64,000 nucleotides of DNA, from contig CDMY01000748.1 of assembly GCA_001179505.1 (NCBI GenBank), forward strand, positions 1 through 64,000. Direction: 5' to 3'. A program made the position numbers and the translations under genes. Positions within the stretch are counted from its first letter, which is position 1. Every line of letters begins with the position of its first letter. Source of the DNA: Vitrella brassicaformis CCMP3155 (Eukaryota > Protista > Chromerida). This document shows, piece after piece, positions 25,587 through 36,749 of the stretch. The notes below the pieces were generated by a model. That model saw nothing but the letters and a program-made list of their open reading frames with translations, was not told the origin of the DNA and searched no databases.

Positions 25587-27758
25587 CACCTCAGCAGCGG
25601 GTTCGATGGCCTCGAGTATGCGGTTGACTTTCATGCAGATGTGTCCGATCTTGGCGTCCCATCTTTTGAGGTGCTCACTCTCGGTGACGCCAAAGTGGAT
25701 GACGCCCTTGCGCTGGTCGATGTAGCCCTCCAGGTTGCTGTCCAATATCATGCGGGCCGCCACCTTCTCGGCCTTGCGGGGGTCCACCTCCAGCAGCGAC
25801 CCGAACTCACCCAGCAGCATATTGCTGTACACCTTGGAGGCCGCCAACACATCTGCACACACACAGAGACATGGTGAAGAACCACATGTGTGTTTGTGTG
25901 TGTGTTTGCGTGTGTGGTTGGCTTACTGTGTTGGAGTACGGCGCGGTCGAGTACTGTGGAGCCGTCAGCGAAGGAGGCCTTCTGGTGCTCCATCAGAGTC
26001 TCTGTAAAGACACACACACAACGTACAGACCAATACGGGAAGTGAATGTCTCTCTCCTCTCATACCTGCGAATTTGGCCACTTCTGCGCCTCGTATGATG
26101 CGTTCGTGGAACATCTTCTTGAGCACACCGTAGCTCTCCAGCTTGGGCACACGGTCGTCCTGCACTCACCACACACACGCACATACACACACGTCGGCTG
26201 TGTCGCGACCGACCTACCTTCATCAGAATGGCGAGGAGGCGAGACCGCTGCGGGCCTGATACAAACATCATGGCACAGCACAGCACGGTCAGGATGAACG
26301 AATTCGTGGATTTGCAGCATGGCGCGTGTGTGTGAGTGTGCCGTCCATCCATCCATCCATCCATCCATCGATGGTGCAGACCCCCCTACCAGCAGGTGCC
26401 AGGATGGCGCATGTGCAGGCATTCTTGAGGAGCTTCTCCAGGTCCTCCTCATCCTGACGACGGACGGATGCATGACTCATCCAGTCGACCATGACCCCTT
26501 TGCCGCGTCTGTGTGTGTGTGTTCGTACGATTTGCAGGTTGTTGAGGTTCAGCGACAGGTCATAGTACCTGAACCAACACACACAGGCACACACACACAC
26601 ACACACGCACGCACACACACAGACGTGAAGACGTGTGGGTCACACTCACTGCCTGACCGGTTTGCTGCGAGCTGGAACTGACGCTTCGAGTCCACAATGC
26701 GGGCATACGTCACCTACACGACACACACGGCACACACATGCACACACACACACAGGGGTCCCTCCATGTGTGTGTGTGGACTGGCGTGCGCGGCTGACTT
26801 TGTATCTGAGGTTGAGACTGACGTCGTCCACCTCGTGGATGATCATCGACGCACGAGTGCAGTAGGCCTCTGGACGGATGACACGCATCACATCAACCAC
26901 CACACACACACAATCACTCCTTCCGCCCACGCCGCCTCACCGGCCGACACGGCATCCTCGTCTTCGAGGAAGAGCTCGGCTATCTTGACATACTTCTCGG
27001 CCTTCTCTGCCACACTGCGCTGGCTGAACAAACACACACACACACACACACACACGCGCACAGATGTCTGTGTGTGTGTCTGTCTGTAAGAGGGAGGGGG
27101 TGTCTGTGCGGGCTCACCGTGAGCCGCTCTCCAGATTGATTTGGGCCAGGCAGCGGGCAGCGGCTGAAAACTCCTGTGTGCGGCGATGGAAAGCACACAA
27201 AACACACGCCACATGTGCCTGTACGTGTCATGTTTAGCCTCAGGTCAACACTCACCCCCTCATGCTGATGCACAGCAGCCAGGTGCTCGCGAATGATGTA
27301 ATCCTGCACACAGACACACACACACACACACATCCACAGGCGCCATTTGCCATCAACGTGTCCGTGTATGTGTGCATGTGAGCTGACCTCTTCCTCGTAG
27401 GACACCACTCGTGCGCGCATCTTGTCGAGTGCGTGTACGGCGAGTATCTTCTTGTTACCGTCCGCCATGCCGCCCATCTTCACCGCCACCTCGTGCAGCA
27501 GCGGACGCGAAAACAGCGCAAACTGAGACGAATCCTCACTCAGTACTTAACACACAAATCAACACATCACACTCGTGAGTGTGCTCCAACTCTTCTGTCT
27601 GACTGTGTTGACTCACTGAAGTCGACGAGCCGCGTGAGTTCTGGCACTTTCTCCTGTGCGCACAGTGCGGCGACGAGCTCGTTGAATCGCGCCATGCGGG
27701 CGCTGGCCTCGCTGACGCTGTTGAGGATGGCAGTGATTTCGGCAGGCGCCGTTGCCAT
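25587..27758 (-). CDS. COPS4: COP9 signalosome subunit 4 (PCI domain)
   Basis: MRARVVSYEEE, YVKIAELFLEDED, CAILAPAGPQRSRLLAILMKDDR, STVLDRAVLQHNVLAASKVYSN, AEKVAARMI..GYIDQ..IHF; 3' end approximate. Confidence 0.9.
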
Positions 27759-27854
27759 GATGAGATGAATGCGCAGCAAACAAACAACAATGCGCGTCGG
27801 ACAAAGGAAGATACCAACACAGCGGCTGTTGGGAGATCTTTCTGTACCCTTCAA

Positions 27855-27862
27855 AGCTCGCA
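27855..27862 (+). promoter_or_regulatory. AGCTCGCA motif in the COPS4 / membrane-protein divergent spacer
   Basis: Exact motif between the ATGs at 27758 (-) and 27987 (+). Confidence 0.45.
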
Positions 27863-27986
27863 AGCGATCCTGGTCGGGCCAGGGAGATCCTGGCACCCCG
27901 TTGAAGCCTTTTTCCCTCGTTGATGCATTCACGGAAGTGGTTGAGAGACCCTGGTACTTGGGCATCGTAGCTCGTGTGTGTGTGAG

Positions 27987-30239
27987 ATGGCGTCTTTCCG
28001 GGCGTTGAAGCGGCGGAGGGAGTCTGACTTTCGCGAAGGGCTGCTGATAGACGACGGGAGCAGCGATGGGAAGGCCAAGGGGCTGAACAAGGTGGGCGAA
28101 CGCACCGTCATCCACGAGGCGATGAGTGGAATGCATGGAGGGAAGGATGGACGCGTTGATCCTCTCTGTCTGTTTGTTACTCTCCTATTTCATCAGGTGC
28201 CTTTCATCGCTGTGTTGAGTGGCGTTGTGGTCGGGGTGATCCTCTTCACCCACTTCAGCATCAACTACTCGCCAATCGCCAGAAACAACGGTACCATTTC
28301 ACCAATTTCACCACACACACAAGGAGGCAAATCACGGACAACCATGTTTCCTTTTTTCTGTTCTGTGCCCCGCTCCGTTGTCAGGCTCTTCTCCCCATCA
28401 GACAGCCAACGACCACCCTCCCGCCTACCACTTCCACGAGTACGGCAAACACAACGATGCCAGCCACAGCAGCAGCAGCAGCAGTGCGGAGGACGACCAC
28501 CCCGGGGGCGGCCGCTACCGTGTGCAGTTTGAGGACGACTACGGGCACGATGACGGGTGGGGGGATGACTATGACGACTATGAGGAGGAGCTCGACGACT
28601 ACCGCTATGGCGACCCGGACAGATACTATGACGAGGAAGAACGGCGCGAAAAGGTCGGTGGGATGTGAGGAGGAAGGGGAAGCAGAGAAAGGGTGACTGA
28701 CGGTGTACAGCTGTGGCTCTCTTTCTGTTGGCTGGCCGGCCAGTTGCACGATGCTCTCGGCCGTCGATTTGCGTCGCATGAGCACAAGTCCAACAAACTC
28801 TCGTGGCTGGTACGAGAGCGACCACCGGCACACACTCCCCCCCCCCNNNNNNNNNNNNNNNNNNNNNNNNNNNNNNNNNNNNNNNNNNNNNNNNNNNNNN
28901 NNNNNNNNNNNNNNNNNNNNNNNNNNNNNNNNNNNNNNNNNNNNNNNNNNNNNNNNNNNNNNNNNNNNNNNNNNNNNNNNNNNNNNNNNNNNNNNNNNNN
29001 NNNNNNNNNNNNNNNNNNNNNNNNNNNNNNNNNNNNNNNNNNNNNNNNNNNNNNNNNNNNNNNNNNNNNNNNNNNNNNNNNNNNNNNNNNNNNNNNNNNN
29101 NNNNNNNNNNNNNNNNNNNNNNNNNNNNNNNNNNNNNNNNNNNNNNCCCCCCCCCACATGCATCCGTATTCTCTCTCTCAGCTCGGTGGGCGTGACATGG
29201 TGGCAATGCCGACCTCGCCAGCGTCACCATCGGCACCATCGTCGGGTCAGCAGAGCGACGTGGCCATTCCGCTGCACCTGATCGTCTTTGGGAGGACGGT
29301 CGAGAACACGGCACGCATCAACGGGCACTACCACTGGACGGGCACCAAGAACAAGAGGCCATGCTACAAAAAGGTTAGGGGGTCGGTGGCTGGGAGGGAG
29401 AAGGGGATGTCTGTCTGTCGTCTGTCGTCAATGTGTGTGCAGGACGCGCACAGTCCGCTGTTTCTGTTCTACTCGCCTGACCTGAAGGGCTGGGTCATTT
29501 CTGACGACGTAAGTGAGCCACTGCCGTGAGACGACAGAGGCAAAGACACAGAAAACACCTCCCTCTCTCTCTCTCTCTCTCTCTCTTTTTGCCATGGATT
29601 CCTGGATGCGCGCGTGCAGGTGGACAATGACTACTACCCATTTGCCGTGCTGCCCAGCCAGTCGCTGTTGCCCCTCAACACACAGCACGACCCACACGGA
29701 CATACCAAGCACACAGACACAACGCCGGCCGACCAGCGGTGGCCGATAGATCACGGGACGACGGCGCATTGGTGGGTGCGGCAGGCCTGGTGGGATGAGG
29801 AGCATGAGGATGAAGACGACAGCTTTGATGAAGACGCCGCTGTGGTCGTCCAAGGTGAGCGCCGCGAGGGGGCAGAGAGACACACATCGACTGATGCTGT
29901 TCTGTTGATGTGTGTGTTTGTGCAGTTGCGGGTGGGTATGACGAGTACAGGATGGCGCACAGCAGAGTCATGGGCAGGCACAAACACCACCACAAGGTCA
30001 GGGCAACCACACACAATCAGACAGACAGGACCAGACCACCTGTGTGTGTGTGTCTGTGTTGTCCCCGTTCCATGCAGAGACTGCTCACAAAGGTGCGCGA
30101 GAAGGCGGCCGCACACGGGGAGGCTGCCAGCGGCGCCTCTCACCACCAGCATGACATCGGCAGGTCCCACACACCCCCCTCCCCCGTCCCCACAGCACCC
30201 CTTTTCGCAGCAGCCAGACGGCAGCCAATCCACAGATAG
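27987..30239 (+). CDS. Type II membrane protein of unknown function (spans an assembly gap)
   Basis: Basic N-terminus, TM VPFIAVLSGVVVGVILFTHF, Asp/Tyr/His-rich exon, module ARINGHYHWTGTKNKRPCYKK..LFLFYSPDLKGWVISD, His-rich tail. Confidence 0.65.
28847..29146. other. Assembly gap (300 N)
   Basis: N run flanked by poly-C tracts. Confidence 0.99.
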
Positions 30240-32384
30240 ATCCACACACACACACACACACGTAGAGTAGCCATCACCGCCACCACAGCATATCTGTGTG
30301 ATGCGTCTGGTTCGGTGGGCGGACATGGGCATGGCGCTATGCCAACGGCGCACTGGCTGTGGGTGGTTGGGCGGGTGGGTGGGTCGGTGGCAGGGTGGGA
30401 TGCTTTTGTTGGTTTTGTTCTCTTTTTTGTTTGGGCGTGGCGCGACGACATGTGTGTGTGGCCCTTCCATGTAGCTCATCTCATCTCATCTCATCTATCT
30501 CAATGCAAAGACATGCTCAACGAAACGCCTCCGTTCATTGATGAGTTTCATTCGCTCGAGGTCTCTTCTTCACCATACACCCCCACACCCACCCACACAC
30601 CCACATGCATTCAGCAGTATACGTCCCACTCACTGGTCAAAGGATGCTGCACACGAATCAAGGCGCCAAGCAGAGAGAGCGTGCTTGTGCTGTGCTGTAC
30701 GATACACACATACACGGAAAAATGGAGCAAAGAAAACACGTGAAAAGACTTGCTCACTCACACACACGGCTACACGGGTCGCATCAATCATGGCAGACAG
30801 GCAAACAGACAGACACTTAGACAGACAGAACATACTGCCAGAATCAGCCACCCCACACCCTCTATCGCTTTGTGTCCGCTACTGAACCCCCTGTCTCACT
30901 AACAAAGAACGACCAGATATGTACATGTGTGTGCACAATGGACACCTGGATGGGATGGACCATCCATCCAGTCACTTGAGGCAAACACACACCAGCCACC
31001 CACCCACTTGATGTCATCCACAGCTCCACACGTACGGTACGGTGCTCGTGCTTAAACAAAGGCGCACGAGCATTTTACACAGCCATCAACAGAGATATGT
31101 ACACGCTATACCAAATGTGTGTGTCCACACACCCAACCCCACACACACTACGTGTGTGTCATCACACGCACCCGCACACACTATGTGTGTTGTGGTGTGT
31201 CTAATAGTATCCGCCGTAACCACCACCGTAGCCGCCGCCATACCCACCGCCACCATACCCACCGCTGCCATCCTTCTTGTTCTTGTACTTACCCCACTTG
31301 TCCTTGATCTTATCCCACTTGTCCTCGAGCTTGTCCCAGAAGTCCTTGCCCAGCCTCCTCTCTGTGGGACTCGATGCTTCCTCCACATCCTCCAGGCCGT
31401 ACCCACCACCGTACCCACCGCCGTACCCGCCGCCATACTTCTTGTTCTTGTAGCCATACTTCTTGGGCTTATACCTAAGCCAGTTGGGCTTGATCCTAAG
31501 CTTGTCCCAGAAGTCCGGGCCCAGCCTCCTCTCTGTGGGACTCGATGACTCCTCCACGGCCTCCAGGCCACTGGGCTCATCTTCATCTTCATCTCCATCT
31601 GCAAACATACTCACACACACGTGGCCAACACAATGACGTGTGGGCGGGGTGGCGATGTCTGCACACCCACCTATAGGTGCGGCCGTCGGCTCATCAGCCG
31701 CGTCCTCACTGTCTGCTGCCGCTGGCCCCGTCACAAGAGCATCAGGCACACCACCTACAGGCAGACAGGTACACAGGAAAGGCGTAATTGTGCAGTGTCT
31801 GCACCAGCTGCAAACAGCCATCGTGTGTGCGTACCATCGGATGTCACTTCGTCGGCGTCATCAGCTATCCCGCCTCTCAAACGCCGGGCCACCGCAGACG
31901 GAGCATCAGCAGGAGCAGCCCGCTTCATATCGTCAGCGCAGACCAGTGCGATGCCGAGCAGGCACACCAGCACCGAAAGGGAGAGGGCCTTCATCGGTCG
32001 TGGAGCGGACGTCGGGAGGAAGCGCAGACGAGCAGCGGGAAGACGAACAACGACAAGGGGCTTGCTGAAGAGAATAAGTCGAGGAGCGAGAGAGACTCGG
32101 AGTCAACCGATGAGAGTGGAGTCGAGGGATGCTGCAGATGGACAGAGAGGGGGGAGGCCGTTAAGACAGAGGGCAGAGAGACAGGGAGATAGCAGGAGGG
32201 CTGTCGTCGCACGGCTAACGCAGAGAGAGGAGAGCGCGGTGTGCCGCAACGGCGGCGAAAGATGTAAAGGATGTAAACGTTGTCCCCGCCGCGGAATTTG
32301 CCGATGATATCGGAGCCGCTGCCTCGGCATCCGATGCCCGCTCCATGTGGATGACCGGGAGGGGGCTGACGGCAGCCATAGCGG
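29431..32384 (-). repeat. Right arm of the inverted duplication
   Basis: Reverse complement of 19062-21659; longer mainly because of the extra peptide module and indels. Confidence 0.9.
31201..31994 (-). CDS. Secreted RRL-motif peptide precursor, copy B (two mature modules)
   Basis: MKALSLSVLVCLLGIALVCA..AVARRL..SSPTERRL-GPDFWDKLRIKPNWLRYKPKKYGYKNKKYGGGYGGGYGGGYG-LEDVEEASSPTERRL-GKDFWDKLEDKWDKIKDKWGKYKNKKDGSGGYGGGGYGGGYGGGYGGYY*. Confidence 0.85.
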
Positions 32385-35300
32385 CCGTGAGGCGGCCTCT
32401 TTTCTCTCTGTCTCTGGACATTGTATGTGGATTTGTAGCTGCCTTGTCTGCGTGCTTTGTTGATTGATGGCGCCGTCCGTCTCGCGCAAAGAGAGTAGTC
32501 AGTGAACAGCAGACCTCCAGCTGTGCCTGTGTCTGTGAGTATCATGATCGGTCAATCACAACAGTTACTGTACGTAGGCAGTCAGTCAGTATGTATGTAT
32601 GTATGCACATCTGTCTGTACGTAAGCAAGCACATGTGTTAGGGACGTATGTATGCATGTATGTATTTATGGAGGGCATCATTCGATCGAGGGCTCGACGA
32701 AAATCCCTCTCATGGATTAGATAGACACATCGAGTACGGACACATCATCGAATTTAAATCCACTCATATCATCGATCGACACGCATACGAAAACAGACAG
32801 TATGTATGCATTTGTGTATGCATGTGTATGTATGTACGTACATGCACACACATTGCACTTACACGCAAGTAGCGGCATCGTTGCATCCACGGCTGCCCAG
32901 TTGACACACGTCTGTGCAGTCAGCCAGCAGGGCAGCCGACGAGTAAGAGAGACGGATCAGGAGCAGCGCAGCGAAGCTCTAGAGAGAGGTGGAGAGGGCA
33001 AGACACAGAGAATGAGAGAGGGTGCAGGCAGGCAGGCAGCTCGTTCATTCCTTTCATACACACACTTTGGCTGCCTCGCAGCCAATGCCAATGTAGCGCG
33101 CATCATGCAATCAATACACAACAGACAGACAGGGGGATAGATGGCGGGGTGGATCGATGGACACATGGGTAGACAGATTGGCACGAGAAAGGCCGACCAC
33201 ACACAGCAACAACGGCGATACAGGCGATACACACTCAGGGAGACAAGGAAGGAGCCAGTCGGCAAAGCACAGCTCATTCACTCAACCAACCAACCAACCA
33301 ACCAAGTCACAAACAACCGACCAATCGGCAAAAAGATGCATGGACACGGCAACCATGTAATAGTACGTGGGATGGGATGAATGGGATGCATGGGTGGACA
33401 CGCGAAAAAGACCACACAGACACAGACACACACACACACACACACACGTGTACACAAACAACAGACAACCAACAAGAACGACAAAGTGTCACGCAGCTCT
33501 CTCCTCTCTCCTCTCTGGCATACAACCCAATCACTGTGGACGTACCTGCAATGCACATAATGAGAGTGAATGTATGTGAGTAGGTGCGCAGCGCAGGGAG
33601 GCTAGGAGAGCGATGGATGGATGGATGGATGGCATGTGGGCGCGTCGGCAAGGCACGTGCACCGACTTACTCAGTGACACGCCGCCTACCTACCTACACT
33701 CACGCACTCACTCGTTCATTGCATTGCGCTGCGCAGGAGGAGAAAAATGGGCCCTCATTCATTCATTCATTCATTGATTTCATGTCACATGTGAAGTGCA
33801 GCCAGCCGCGCTAATCTATGGAGATGGATGTCAGCGATCAGGCGAGTGAGTGAGTGTGTGAGGGTCCCCGTCTACCCACAAATAAGCGCTGATGGCCGTA
33901 GGTACTTGCGCGTTCATCCCCATGAATGCATAAATCTCTGCTGCCCTTGTCTGTGCTGACAAAGACGCCGTCTCGCGCCGCGTCGTGATCGCCATGCAGT
34001 CACTCACTCGCACCACATGTCGATTAATAAATACGCACAGCCACCCACGCACGCGCACAAACAAACAAGAGCCCGCCGATCGGGAGAGACACAGGCGGGC
34101 GGAAAACTGATAGATACGCTGCACACAAAACGGAAGGTAGAAGGTATCGAGAGGAAGGAAAGGGCAAAAACAAGGAAGAGAGAGGCAGAGGAAGAGGTCG
34201 CGGCCGTGTGTGTACACAGACAGCCACCTCGATCAGACGAGAAGAGAGAACACAACAAAACAAAGCCAAGTCATTAGCATGACAAAGCAGGCTCACTCGC
34301 TGCTCCATCGATCTATAGCTCCATAGCTCTGCTGAGTACCCAACCCAACCACCCACTCGGTTGACCATACCAGACCAGACCAACACGCAAGCGTATGTAT
34401 GTATGTATGTGTATGGGGGGGCATCGTTATATAATACGCACTCGCACACGCACATGTACACACACATAGGTATATAGAAAGCGGTCCCTCCGTCTCCCTC
34501 CCTCCCTCCTTCCCTCCCTGCCCCGCTATGTTGTATTGCTCACCCCGTTGACTCACCATCCCATGGATGCGCGAGCACGGAAAATCATGTGCAGACAAGT
34601 GGGGACGTGACAGTGAGTGAGTGAGTGAGTGAGCGATTGAGTTAGTGAGTCAATGAATGAATGGGTAGGCGAGCGATTTCAGCACACACACTCGCACACA
34701 CACTCGCACGTACACCCGCACAAAAGTACACAGCCCTTCGATGACACACGCGATGGAACGATTCAGGCATGCAATAATAGCTATAGTAGACAGACAGACA
34801 GACAGACAGGGGGCGCCGACGTCAATCTGGTCTAGATCCTTACGTACGATGCTTGCCGACACGGCCCCCTACACGGCCGCCGGCCGTTTCATTGACGGCC
34901 AGCCGCATTATCGGATATATTGTCACTCAAACAATGTTTGTATATTGCTCTCTGCATGTTGCCCCGACACACGACGATACCCAGGCAGGCAGGCAGGCCG
35001 ATCAGTGACTGAGGCGGCTGACCGGCAAGGCAGCAACCGACACAAAAAGACAGATGTAATACGCATTCATACGAACGAACCAACGAAGGAACGAATCACG
35101 TGATTTCCCCACCCCATCGACCCCAACCACCCCATCGAGAGACCCCACCCATATACGCTCATCCCCTGCACGTTTGCTCGATCGGATGCAACATGACAAA
35201 TACACGTAGCGGCCTCTTCCTTCTACCTATTCTCTTCCTTCTGTTCTCTTCCCTCCTTGTCTGTATGTGTACCCACCACTCAACCCTACCCACACCACCT

Positions 35301-36352
35301 ACCCACTATGGACGTGTACTTACGTAAAGACCCGGCCCGCCTACGCTATGTACGTGTTGTGACAGCGAGGTGAGCTCCCCTGCTCTCTGTTCTCTCCTCT
35401 TCTCTGCATTTCTCGGTGTCGCGCCAATCGCCAGCCATTCTTGGTCGTCATCACGGTTGCTCGCTCGCCCGCTCGCTGTCCAGATGTCAGTCAGGGCGCT
35501 CACTGCTCGCCCCAGATCTTCTTGATGTTTGTGTATCCCCTGTCGGTGGTGCGCTGATGTGGAGAGGGGGACCTGAGAGACAGACAGACGAGCAGAGAGA
35601 CAGACAGAAAGGGATGATTTCGTGTGATGTGTTTTGTTGCGTGTCGGTGTTCGTGTTTGTGTATGTGAGCATGTAGTTAGATGCATGTGTAGCAAGGAGC
35701 CCAGTGAGCCAGCCAGCCAGCCACCCACATGTCACGTACCGCTGTACCCGTACGCCAGCTTACAGCCAGTGAGCCACTCTCGTGGCCTGTGTGAGCAGTG
35801 TGTGCGCAGTGCGTGTGTGTGTGCGGTGTGCGTGGTCCTGTCGCTGTGATTGCTCTTATTTACAGAAAGAATGTGGGTTACATTCCGGTACATGACATAA
35901 ACACTGACGTCTTCCACACACACATGCACACACACAGGGACGCCCGAACGCACACAGGACGGTATGCAATTACTTCCCATTGGTGGAAACACCGACACCC
36001 ACCTTATCTAAATGTATGTGTGTGTGTACTCGAGAGAGAGAGAGAGGTGTGTGGAAACATCCACACAACCTTCATTCAGCTGTTCACCTGTCTGCATACA
36101 CACAAAAAGACTCTCGCTCTCTCGCTCGCTCATGCAATCAATCCATGCAATCGGCGACCAACACACACACACACATCACACACACACACGTGTATCAAAA
36201 CAGTCCATCAGAGTACGCACAAATACCGTTATACAGACAGACCGACAGACAGACAGACAGACTGACAGACTGACAGACAGACATACACGAATGTATGCAA
36301 TAACTGCCGTTCCTCACAACAACAAAACGGCTCTCCTGTACCTGAATGACCG

Positions 36353-36652
36353 NNNNNNNNNNNNNNNNNNNNNNNNNNNNNNNNNNNNNNNNNNNNNNNN
36401 NNNNNNNNNNNNNNNNNNNNNNNNNNNNNNNNNNNNNNNNNNNNNNNNNNNNNNNNNNNNNNNNNNNNNNNNNNNNNNNNNNNNNNNNNNNNNNNNNNNN
36501 NNNNNNNNNNNNNNNNNNNNNNNNNNNNNNNNNNNNNNNNNNNNNNNNNNNNNNNNNNNNNNNNNNNNNNNNNNNNNNNNNNNNNNNNNNNNNNNNNNNN
36601 NNNNNNNNNNNNNNNNNNNNNNNNNNNNNNNNNNNNNNNNNNNNNNNNNNNN
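36353..36652. other. Assembly gap (300 N)
   Basis: N run followed by poly-C and (CT)n. Confidence 0.99.
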
Positions 36653-36658
36653 CCCCCC

Positions 36659-36694
<36 letters not shown>

Positions 36695-36749
36695 CATGGC
36701 TGGCTGAGTACTCACTCGTACGTACTCGTACCGACAGACAGTCAGGCAC

